Shown: positions 38,931 to 50,355 of the stretch, piece after piece
How the letters are laid out: each line of letters opens with the position of its first letter
Numbering within the stretch: position 1 is the stretch's first letter
Assembly (NCBI RefSeq): GCF_000181795.1
Contig: NW_003526943.1
Coordinates: 4,305,228 to 4,369,227 of the forward strand
Origin: Trichinella spiralis
Taxonomy: Eukaryota
Reading direction: 5' to 3'
Length of the DNA stretch: 64,000 nt
Position numbers and translations under genes: made by a program
The notes under the pieces: model-generated
Database searches by the model: none
What the model was told of the DNA's origin: nothing
What the model saw: only the letters and a program-made list of their open reading frames with translations

Positions 38931-40145
38931 TGATTCAAACTCTTCAGTGTGATTAGCTGTAATATTTTTTCATTTCATTGGTTCAAACTATTCCATTTAG
39001 GATTACGTAACTTTAATAGTAGTGACGTAACATAAAAAATGGAAGTATTATTCCAAAATTTTATTGTGTCTGTTTGAAGTTTCGTCATTCATTGAAATTT
39101 TGTTTATTGAAATATATTATTTGTGGTGAAGTTTATACTTTTTCATGATCAGCATTCCTGAAAATAATTTTTATCATTCTATATTTTATTGCAAAAAAGT
39201 GACGTTATATCAAATGCAATAGTAATAATTCAAAAAAAACAATACAAAAAATAAGTTAAATAGTGATTTTTATTTTTCACTAACCAACAGCAGCAACAAC
39301 AACAGTAATGAACAGCCAACAACGGTCTAGTACAGATTTCCCTCCTGATATATAAATCTGCTCCCACTGTTTGTAAATAAATTTGTTGCCTGTTGAAATT
39401 TATCAAGGTTGGATGTTAACTTCTGGGTGTAATGTCAGAATACTGAATAATCTGCTTGAAAAATCTGGAATGTTGTAGCAACACTTCCAATTTTCGGGTT
39501 ATAAATGGTACTAATGCTAACGTTACGCGTTAGCTCGCAGTTTCACTTAATTTTACGCATGATTAAACGCATATGCCTTTGTGAAACATTGTTCGCGTTT
39601 CTCGTCACATCACATATGTTGGTAAAGGCGATTTTAATACAATGGAAAAATCAACAAGAATTTCACTCCAGCAAAACATATGCGATATCGAGCTACCCAG
39701 TATGAGCAAGAAAAAACAGTTCATTAAAATCCTGTTTAGGTTTTCTCTATGACAAATGTGCATTATCCGCCTTTGCTCTAACCTTGTATAAACCCTGTAT
39801 ATGACATAATCATTGCTAATTAACCTGGTCGGCAGGCATAAAGGATAAATTTGTTTTTCATTTGCCGCCATGCTTTTGCTGCCATTGTTCTGCGTGCGCT
39901 GCAATTGCACACTAGCAGGGGTTCACTGCCTGGGTCAGAAAATGACTTGATTTGACAAATCGTCCGTAGCATCGTAAAAATTCCTAACCACCAGGGCATT
40001 GGCTGATGACAGCAGATAAGCATGCTTATTCATTGTCTCCTTGTTCTTTCCTTCGCTGTTCATTTGCTTCGCTAGAAGAACATTTTATTTGTTTGCTCTG
40101 TTTGTTGCTTTCGTCATGGCTGATATCTCTGAGCTACATCTTGTG

Positions 40146-40878
40146 ACCGGAATGGATCAACTCGCCGCGTGGTTAGCCTGATCCATCAGATAAATTTTTC
40201 AAAGTCAAACAAACAAAATTCGTAATAACATTTATTTATTTATGCCTTAGCATTGTGCCCAAAAGCTTATTACCCGAACGTGTCTGTACTACTACAGATT
40301 TTCACCATTCTCCCAATTGCTTCAGCAAACACAGAACGAAGCTTTCCTGCACTGAATTATCTAAAAAACATTTTCCGGACTGCCATGATTGAAGAACGAC
40401 TGAAAAGACTTGCACTAATGTACATTCATTCTGATTTTTCCATTGATATTGACCGCATAGTAGACAAGTCCAGTTTCAAATGGAATCGAAACGTGTCGTT
40501 CATTTGAAATGCAATTAAAGTTATAATTTGCATGTTTTTGATATCACGTGATTGAGATTCCAGTTTTGTTTAAATGAAAAAACGGCATTATTTTGTTTTT
40601 CATCAGACAGTCATGTATTATAATACATGTGCATGATAAATCTTTTGGATACTATATCCGTTCCCCCCCCCCTTCATAAAATAGACGCATAACGCCCCTG
40701 AATGAAGAAATATATAATGCAATAATATATAATAATATAAATAATGCAGTAGAAAGACGCTCAGCTAGTAAACCTACGATTTTAAGCTATGCCACAGACA
40801 CAGATAATCACGGTGAGATGACCACGCAGCGAGTTGACCACGTGGCGAGTTGACCGCCGTGGTGAGTTGAACTAGATC
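40146..40878. mobile_element. Non-autonomous TIR element inserted in the FLYWCH gene, with target-site duplication
   Basis: tcttgtg is duplicated at 40139-40145 and 40880-40886 (atcttgtg/ttcttgtg as an 8-mer). Left end ggatcaactcgccgcgtggt is an imperfect inverse of the right-end tandem motifs accacgtggcgagttgacc at about 40815-40870. Confidence 0.7.
40253..40700 (+). mobile_element. hAT transposase C-terminal dimerisation-domain fragment with a hAT-like right terminus
   Basis: YPNVSVLLQIFTILPIASANTERSFPALNYLKNIFRTAMIEERLKRLALMYIH at 40253-40507. Downstream C-run and terminal acgcccctg (reverse complement CAGGGGCGT) end at 40700. Confidence 0.8.
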
Positions 40879-41170
40879 TTCTTGTGCAAATTGTTGCGGC
40901 GGTATGTCCCTTGTGTATGAAGGCAGGGTGTACAAATTAAAATATACCGGTAAACGGAGGAAATGTTGGAGATGTTCAAAAGTATGTGCTGAACATACTG
41001 AATGTGTTCCTTGCCATTAACAATTTGTATGAAGTGAATTGAAACATATACTGGTAATTGCGACGGGTTCCAACATTAGACTGCTGGCAGCCATGCGAAC
41101 CTGGGGCATGGATGGTGCTTTCAAGGTTGTACCACAATGGTATCAACAACTGTTTACCATCCATGCCTTG

Positions 41171-41955
41171 TATCGAGCTACCCAGTTTGTACAAGAAAAA
41201 ACACTTCATTAAAATCCAGTTTAGGTTTTCTCTATGACAGATGTGCATTATCCGCCTTTGCTCTAACTCTGTATAAGCCCTGTATATGATATAATCATTA
41301 CTAATTATTCTCGTCGGCAACCATAAAGCATAAATTTGTATTTCATTTGCCGCCCAGGCCTTTGTTCCTATTGTTCGGCGTGCACAGTAATTGCGCACTA
41401 GCAGGGGTTCACTGCTTGGATCAGACAATGACTTGATTTGACAAGCGTCCGACCACCCGGGCAATGCTGATGACACCAGATAAGCATGCTTATTTTTTCT
41501 CTCCTTGTTCACATCCGCATTCATTCTTTCCTTCGCTGTTCACTTGCTTCGCTAGAAGAAAATTTTCTTTCTTTGCTCTGTTCGTTGCTTTCGTCATGTC
41601 TGTTGTGCCTGAGCTACGTCTTGTACCAAATTGTTGCGGTGGTATGTCCCTCGTTTATGAAGGCAGGGCATATAAATTAAAACGTGCCGCCAGAAAAAAA
41701 TATTGGAGGTGCTCGAAAGTATGTGCTAAATGTACAGTGTGTTTCCTTAATTATTAAGGATTAGTTTATAGGATAAAAAGGGCTGTGGTGGTGCCGTATG
41801 GACCAACCTTGATGTGTCAACGGTGATCAAGCGGAATGATCACATCGAAAGCTGCCCGGTGGATGAACACTTGGCGTACAAAATGGAAAAGAGGGCGGTT
41901 TTGAAGAAGCGCAGCGCGGAAGAAACGAAACCAATCNCCGGAAATCTATGATGAG
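41171..41955 (+). mobile_element. FLYWCH/MULE element copy B; transposase 5' part with an intron, truncated by low-quality sequence
   Basis: ATG at 41597 gives MSVVPELRLVPNCCGGMSLVYEGRAYKLKRAARKKYWRCSK, then a GT-AG intron, then DKKGCGGAVWTNLDVSTVIKRNDHIESCPVDEHLAYKMEKRAVLKKRSAEETKPI. This is a FLYWCH-type YWRC...C...H pattern. Confidence 0.8.
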
Positions 41956-42283
41956 NGANGGNGGTGGNTTTTACTCGGNCCNGNNNNNNTNNCNNNNNTN
42001 NNCCACCTAACCATCTTCAGGGTATGGTATCCCTATGCTGCAGATCGATTCTCCCTAATCATAAACATGTGGTTCGTTCAGCAAAGTGTTGATATATAAA
42101 TATATATATATATATATGTATATATAAATTAAAATATACCAATCCTGAAATTCTAGTTCTGGAAACCGCAGGCAACGAGGAAAGGATGTCCCGTATCAGA
42201 CAGCATACTTGCATTTCTTCTCCATTGAGTGTAGGTTATTTTTACGGAAGAAAGGGGAATAAAAATCAATTCCAGTTGATATT

Positions 42284-42684
42284 NNNNNNNNNNNNNNNNN
42301 NNNNNNNNNNNNNNNNNNNNNNNNNNNNNNNNNNNNNNNNNNNNNNNNNNNNNNNNNNNNNNNNNNNNNNNNNNNNNNNNNNNNNNNNNNNNNNNNNNNN
42401 NNNNNNNNNNNNNNNNNNNNNNNNNNNNNNNNNNNNNNNNNNNNNNNNNNNNNNNNNNNNNNNNNNNNNNNNNNNNNNNNNNNNNNNNNNNNNNNNNNNN
42501 NNNNNNNNNNNNNNNNNNNNNNNNNNNNNNNNNNNNNNNNNNNNNNNNNNNNNNNNNNNNNNNNNNNNNNNNNNNNNNNNNNNNNNNNNNNNNNNNNNNN
42601 NNNNNNNNNNNNNNNNNNNNNNNNNNNNNNNNNNNNNNNNNNNNNNNNNNNNNNNNNNNNNNNNNNNNNNNNNNNNNNNNNNNN
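42284..42684. other. Assembly gap (N run)
   Basis: About 400 consecutive Ns; further Ns at 38775-38783 and scattered over 41937-42002. Confidence 1.
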
Positions 42685-45600
42685 ATTTTATTTTATACTA
42701 TCTTTAAATAAATAATTTGAATTGTGTTTCATAATATTACTTCTGCATAATTTAACAAACTTACTTTAGGTTGTCATTCTTATTCATCTGTGACAGATTG
42801 CGGCATTCTGACATGCCATAATAAGTTCAGTAATTATAATTATCATTAAAATAAAAGCATATTTTTAGATTTACAAAGCTTTGCTGCTTATGTAAAAATA
42901 CAGATAAATTGACCTTTATAACAAATGCAGCATAATTATTGACAAGCAAACTGAAACCGTGTATTGCTATTTGATTTTAAATCCATATTTACGATTGGTC
43001 TACTATGGAAAAATTTTTTTCAGCGTGCTGATTAGCAAAATAATTTTGTTAGTACTTATTTTTCAAATTGCAGCTGAAACAGTTGATGATCATTTTCAAA
43101 GTTCAAATTTTTTTATAAATTTTGTGCAATAAAGCATTCAGATTTTAATATACTAATACTTTGAAAAAAAACAGAATATTTAAAATTTTGGAGTTTGTAA
43201 GGATACTGTTTTTATAATATTATACAACTTCAAATAAAATATTTTGATTAGTCTAGCGAACAGAATTAATTCATGATTTTCATTAGTCAACAGACCAGTA
43301 AGAAGTATTTTAATATAAATCATACGAATGTTATTTTAAGCAAAAAAAGTAACTCATTAAAAATTTCTTTCTGATTAAAGAGTGCTGACAAGCATCTGCC
43401 CATAATAGAAGTGTGACAAATTCTAGATGCAGTTTAAAATTTAAAAATAAGATCAAATATAAAATAAATAAACAGTAAATAGTGTGGAAAATTAATTTAC
43501 TTTTGCATCAGTCACTTTGTAAATTCCAATTTAAAAATATATTTGAGACTAACAAAAATAATAAATAAAAATGGCAATGTATGAGCAAGTTATGCTGCTA
43601 ATAAACTAAATTAGTGGCATGAATTAGTGATTTGCATAAAATTTAAAATGCATGAAAATTCAAGAAATTTAATTCGTTTTAATATTAATGAAAACTCTAA
43701 AAAATGAATTTCCTACATTTTGCTGCATCTTAAATTTATATTTTTGTAATTTTTTATTAATAGCAATTTAAGTAAAAAATATCTCTGAATAAAAAAATTA
43801 CCGTTAAACATCATTCTTTCAACTCAGAAGTCCACGGATTGGAATTTATGTTATCCAATTTCTTTTCTTTCTGATTTTATTTTCTTCAAGTGGCAACAGC
43901 TATCTAAAATTTGTTTTATCTTTTACTATAATTTAATTAATCATTGTTAATTTTATTTGCATCATCAATGTTCAAAAATTTTATCGAAATTATGCATAAA
44001 ATAATTCAGTATTCAAATGTAGCCTTGGTTTTTTGTAAAAAACAAATTGTTCTTCTAACGAGCATCCTTATTTATGAAAATCATCTAAATAAAAAAAAGA
44101 ATTTTAGTAAAACACAGATATATAAAATACTAAACAGGCAAGCATCATTAATCCGCTTTCATAATATGATGCATAATGCTGAAAAGTTCAATAAAGAAAT
44201 CAACATGTCAGTGAAAACTAAATTAAATGAAGATTTCATTTGTAAATTATTAATAAACAGATGAGCTGATTAAAGCAATCAAAACAGCCTCAACATTGAC
44301 TACATTCTTAACAGCAGTATGCATCATTTCCATTGTCTGTGGAATTATAATAGAACAATGAAAAATCCAAAAATAATGAATTAATCTAGCTGCAGGATAA
44401 AATTTTATTGCAAACCATGCAAAAGGCAGTATACTTTGAGATACTGACCATGTGCAATATTTTGTTGGGCTTTTTATACTCTTTCATGAAAATTATTTTT
44501 AAAAAAATTAGCAATTTTTACATGCTGAAATTAAAAATGCCATATAGAAGAGCGAATTTTCACTTATGACTCAATTCATGCATTTCAGTATAGTTAATTT
44601 TAAAAATTATTTACAAATAATAATCAAAAAATTACAAAATATTGAAAAGCAATAACTGTAAAATAATGAGCTCTAAAATTGAATAGACCAAATTAATAAT
44701 TTAAAACGCACAAAAATATAAAGATACTTTTAAAAAAAATAAAATGCTTTCATATAAAAGGAACAATGCTTCAATCACATCTTAAAAATATGGTGAATTT
44801 TAAAATTTCAAAAAGCAGATTACCTCAAATAAACAAAATTTCACTTGCTAAAAAACTTTCAGGAATATTACCAAAATAAAAATCATTTTAATGGAGATAT
44901 ACTTAATACATATCATTATGTGACAAAATAATAAAAAAAAGCTTTCAGGTACTATCCAATTAATAAATATAATATTGCCATTAATAAAACAAAATGAAAT
45001 TTTCATATAAATGATATAAGTTTATACAACAATGCTACTAGAATGCCAGAAAATGTGCTTTTATCATAATAAATTTATATCCAAATGCTCTTAATAAATA
45101 TGAGTAATTTTTATAAGAAAACAAATTTGAGCATAAAAACAGTAATATCACATATGGTCTTTATATTGAAAATACTAATATTATAGTTGACATTATTTTT
45201 ATTTTATAAGATGGACATAAATAATTGGGTAACGTATTAAAATTTTTTAAATTAACTGATGATAACTGTAACATGTGATTACACTGAATGCTTTTTAAGA
45301 TAGGCAACAACTACAGCAATGCTGTTGCAGCATTTCTTTACTGTAAATTTATTCACAATAATTTGAATAACAATTTATAATAAAAAAGTATAAATGCATA
45401 GTATGCAGTGAAGCTTCTAAATGGAGTTACATATTTAGGAAAAAACAATACATCGAAGACCACATCAGACATTAGAAAGGCAAATACATTAAAATATTGA
45501 AGACGACAAATTTGATTGCCCTTACCTAATAAAATATCTTCATTTAAGTAAACGTTTATTTTTCAAGAATTATTGCAACCTGTGATGCATTACTAAAAGC

Positions 45601-48407
45601 CATTGCAATAACTCAAACATTATCGAATTATAATATATATAATCAAACAAATGTCATTAATGCACTGCTATAAATGAATGACAAGTTTAAAGCTGAAAGA
45701 AAGAAAACAAAGCAACATGCAGTTGTAGTTATGAAATAAAAATTAAATTAATAATTGCATAATAATTCTATTTTTATTAACAATAGTAAAACTCTTATTC
45801 TGACTGTAAAGATTGTTTTGAATATTGCATTTCAGATTTTCTCAACCAATGAAAAATAATTTTTTCTGCAAGCGAAAATTGTAAAAAATGTAATCTGTAA
45901 TGTGAAATGTAAGAAGTTAATGAAAATTTTCATTTTCTAATATGGTTTTTAACCATGCTTCTCAGATTTAAAAGGCTTTTCAAAATAGGAAGACCAAGCG
46001 CCAAAAATGAAACATTGATTTTTTATTAGTTCACTATAAAAGATGCTATTTATTTTATTGTTAGCAAAATTACATTTTATAATTATAATTATAGATTATT
46101 ATCTAATGCCATTAATGTTTCTCGAAAGCAGCTTTACTTTCCATTAGCATTAATTGATCACCATTGCATTAATCCATTCATCGTTACATTTGAATATTTT
46201 TTTCATTTCTGCTTTTGATTGATTTCATTATTTTTTCTTTTTTGCTGCACTGTTTTAAAGAAATTTTTATCCACAAATAATATTAGAAAATTTTAAATGA
46301 AAGTTTGATAAATGGAATCTAATTCATTCATCAACTTAATGTGACTTCCATATATTTAGATATTATTTTTATCATACTTGAATAAAATGTTTTGATGTTT
46401 TTATGTTATAGCTATAAATGAGAAACTTAATACAACATATTTGTAAAATTTTATAAAAGTAAAATGAAATAAAATATAGTCAGAATTTTTAAATAATGCT
46501 ATTTTATTATACTTCATTGCATTTGCAGAACACTTTCTATCCAAACTTCTACTTACCTTCCATCTATTTGATGCCACTTCTAACCAAATCTAAGAAAAAG
46601 TAACATCTGCTACATTTATTTAAATTTTAAGCTAATTGTAAAAGATAAGGTAAATCAAATGTATTTATCACATCATTTATATGCAGAACGTAATTTTCAA
46701 CCATAAGTTGAATGTTCATTAGAAAACGTTTTTCATTTATGCAGATATTTATAATTGTATATGTGAACATTTAGTTTTGTAATGTGAGTGAATTGCATAA
46801 GAATAATGCATAATAAAATATAAACTTTCATATATGCAGCAGAAATATAAAAAATAGGCAATTTATTTGTTATTATTCTATATATAAAACTGAAATTTAT
46901 TTTATTAAACTCTTTTTTTGTGTTTATGATATTATGTATGGCTGCTTCAGTGATTATATAAAATATTGCGCCAGTAAAGATTCTGAGTGCAAAAATATTG
47001 ATGCAGTAATAATAATAGTAATAGTAATGATAATAGGCATGCTTTCCATTATGTTAAAGCATATAGAATAAAAAGGCTAGTAAATTAAATGCACAGTATA
47101 TTAATGGCGATAATAATTTGAAATTAATAAGATAATTAAAGGCATGTTCGTTTGAAGAATGAAATAATGTATTACTTCAGAATTAATGAATTTTATCTGT
47201 GGTTTCTGTAATGCAATCTCTTCTATTTTCTAAAATTTTCAATCTCATTTCCTTGGAAAATGTTCATTCTGCTTTCTATATACTTTAATTCTTTGATAGA
47301 TATACTTCTATTCATGTTGATGTTAATAAAAAAATCAATAAGCACAATGATTATTTCCTTAGTATTCTTATTATCTTAATATTAACATTTTTATCTTCAA
47401 GAAATCTCAGAGTTTACAGAACTAATTATCTTTTATTTGCATCATAATTTCCAATTTAAGCACTAACTGCGCTACAATAATTGGTGTAAAGAGATCACTT
47501 AATGCACATTACTACATAGTATCTAAATAAACAGAAATAGAAGTTCACTTAGCATGTATGTTTAATTTTAGGAAAGGAAAGCTTTCTTTATTCTCATGCT
47601 CTTATGATTGGAATATACTACTTACTAATTTATTTTCAAAAGAAAATATTTCATTATTATTTATGATAAAACACTGCCCTTGAAAAACAATGCCAATTTA
47701 TTTGTAAAGAGAAAAATTAATCAAACACAAAAATTGAGTATGCACTACAACATAAAAGATATTGTGATGTTTTATATAAGTGAAAACAAAATAAATAAAT
47801 GAACAGTGCATACTTAAAAATAAGTTCTTAAAAATGGAAATAATTTGTTGCAACAAAAACAGCATCTACAGTGCAGAATAATTTCCATACTTTAGGTTTT
47901 CATTTTGCAGCTAACATTGACGCTTCTTCACAAATTATAGTATTATAATTTTGCAACATACATTGCCTACTCATTTATTGAATGCCAAATTAGCAATCAG
48001 CAAAATTGAAAAATTAATTGAATAATAATGGGATGAAGAAAAAGTGCATCGAAAATATTAATCACAAAAAATGAAATTTTGCATTTGTGCAATTTTAAGT
48101 TAAAACATGCTTGATTCTATTTTCCTATTATACATAAATTTTTATTGACGCTCTACCTTCTACGTAAATCATCAATGTAAAAAGTATTTTCAAAATGCAA
48201 TTTATTAAAATTAAACTAAGCTATCGTAATATAACTAGTTTATTATTTACAATTTAAACCAAAAAATAGCAGTGCTGAATGTTTAAATTAAAACATAACA
48301 GTTTAAACGGACTTTGAAATACAGATTAAAATTTAATTCAGTATAAAAATGATTGTAATAGAAACCAGTTTTGTGATGAAAGCAGCGGCGAGAGTGAACA
48401 GGCGACA

Positions 48408-49304
48408 ATGGATGCTAAAGACTTGCTAATAAAGATGACTGCCAACGAGCTACTGAGTTCTGATGAAATTGAATTCATAATAGAGAAAGTCAAATTGGTA
48501 TTAGCAATGGAGCCAACATTAGTGGAAGTGAATTCTCCAATTGCAATTTGTGGAGATATTCATGGACAGTATCATGATCTTTTGCGACTGTTTGAAATAG
48601 TTGGATGGCCTCCTTCTCAACGTTACCTTTTTTTGGGAGATTATGTAGACCGAGGGTCAAAAAGTATTGAAGTAATATGCATGATGTTTTTATTTAAAAT
48701 TCTATATCCGAATAATTTTTTCATGCTCCGTGGTAACCACGAACTATATAATATTAATAAATATTATGGCTTTTTATATGAATGCTGTAAACGCTATTCA
48801 ACACGCATATACGTTCTTTTTAACGAAGCATTCAATTTACTGCCCATGGCTGGTCTAGTGGGCAACCGTATCTTTTGTATGCATGGTGGTATTTCACCAT
48901 ATCTTTCAAATTTCAACCAAATTCGTCAAGTTGCCCGACCAATAAGAAATATCACAAAAAGTTTTTTGATTGATTTACTCTGGTCAGATCCGTCCTATGA
49001 GTGTGAACGTTGGATCCGTAGTAATCGAGGCGCCGGTCACTTGTTTAGTCCTGAAATGGTTTATGAATTTTGCCGGAAAATGGACATCGATTTGATTGCT
49101 CGTGCGCACCAAGTAGTCAGTGATGGCTTTGAATTTTTTGCCGAAAACCACTTGGTGACAATTTTCAGTGCCCCTAATTACTGTCAAGTTTATGACAACT
49201 GTGCTGCGGTGTTGATGGTCGATGGGGAAATGCGCTGCAGCATAATAAGACTAAAACCTACCCTTCCTGCTCCTTCATCTCCGGATCCCAGTGCATACTG
49301 TTAG
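48408..49304 (+). CDS. Ser/Thr protein phosphatase, PP1-like catalytic subunit; divergent, intronless, 298 aa
   Basis: Single ORF with GDIHGQ, GDYVDRG, LRGNHE, CMHGGISP, DLLWSDP, RAHQVV.DGFEFF and TIFSAPNYC. Confidence 0.95.
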   Translation: MDAKDLLIKMTANELLSSDEIEFIIEKVKLVLAMEPTLVEVNSPIAICGDIHGQYHDLLRLFEIVGWPPSQRYLFLGDYVDRGSKSIEVICMMFLFKILYPNNFFMLRGNHELYNINKYYGFLYECCKRYSTRIYVLFNEAFNLLPMAGLVGNRIFCMHGGISPYLSNFNQIRQVARPIRNITKSFLIDLLWSDPSYECERWIRSNRGAGHLFSPEMVYEFCRKMDIDLIARAHQVVSDGFEFFAENHLVTIFSAPNYCQVYDNCAAVLMVDGEMRCSIIRLKPTLPAPSSPDPSAYC

Positions 49305-50355
49305 TTTTAATAACTCCTTTTTTCAGTTTATTTTATTTTTATGCCTTAAATTGTAAAATTTAATACAAAATAGAATTTCTTTTCATATAACTTTGCTTTT
49401 ATATTATGTTTTCCTGGTTGTAAGTTTATTGCATTGTTAGGCTTTGTTTTTTCGTCAGTTTTGCAAAGATTGGCTAACATTTCACTGCTAGCTGACAATT
49501 TTATAAAATTACGCTTATTAATCGATAATAACATACAAATACATTTATTTATGTTTAATAATAAATAAAAAAAATTATAAACTTGTACAATCTTGAATAC
49601 TCACACTTCACTAGATGCAAAAGAAGATTGAATTTACCACTTCCATAATAAGTATTTCGAAGAATACTGCAATGCATTTTTATTCATATAATTTATATGG
49701 AAATACCACAAAAGTAATTCAATTTATTATAAAACTATATTTTTCATATACCTTTCTAAGTAATTTTTTAAAATATTAGCATTAAAACAATTATTAATAC
49801 AAAATATCACAATTCTGTTTTTTTTATTATTTACTCGTATAAATTTTCTATTTTTTAAGTTAAATGATTTTCTGAGCATGTTCCAATATGATGCTTCTCT
49901 AACTGAAACTAATTCAAATTTAAAAAATAGTGTATAAAAATTTTGGTGGTGTATCAACTGCAGCTGAATAGAGGGGTGCTTTACCCTTATTATATTTCAA
50001 AGCTGTTTAATACATGAAACAAATCAGAGCTATTTACACGGTTATTAGAAGAAAATCCCATATTACTGCGGAAACAATGAAAAGTATTGTATAAATGGTG
50101 GTAAATAGCAATGCTTTTTCAAAAACAGAAATGAAAATGCTGCTTGACTTTCTCAAACGTTCCATTACACAAAATCACTGATTATAATTATGATTATTTA
50201 TTATTATATTAATTATATTATAAATTCGACAAAGAAATAAAATCACAGACAAAAATTCTTTGTACACATCACATTCAAAATGCTTAAAACGATCAGTTTC
50301 AGTTCTCTCCGTTATTCTATAAAATTGATCATTACTAAAAAATATTTTCACATAT

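Larger units (their letters stand above)
39686..41170 (+). mobile_element. Degenerate FLYWCH/MULE (Mutator-like) element copy A, interrupted by an insertion and internally deleted
   Basis: 39686-40145 aligns with 41171-41625. The FLYWCH start MADISELHLV at 40116 resumes at about 40887 (NCCGGMSLVYEGRVYKLK...KCWRCSK). MULE transposase core fragment WGMDGAFKVVPQWYQQLFTIHA at about 41102-41167. Confidence 0.75.

Noticed and set aside
40815..40870. Short direct repeats resembling a CRISPR array
   Set aside because: Spacers are only a few bases, there are no cas genes, and the context is eukaryotic. They are transposon subterminal repeats.
39605..41524. Paralogous minus-strand ORFs 39605-39910 and 40976-41524
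   Set aside because: They are antisense readings of the duplicated MULE upstream region, not independent genes.
42186..42707. 173-aa ORF
   Set aside because: Artefact of the N gap.
42685..48400. Possible small exons in the AT-rich stretch (about 42770-42830 plus strand; 43802-43903 minus strand)
   Set aside because: Splice-like signals exist, but the second segment has stops in all frames and no coherent gene model can be built.
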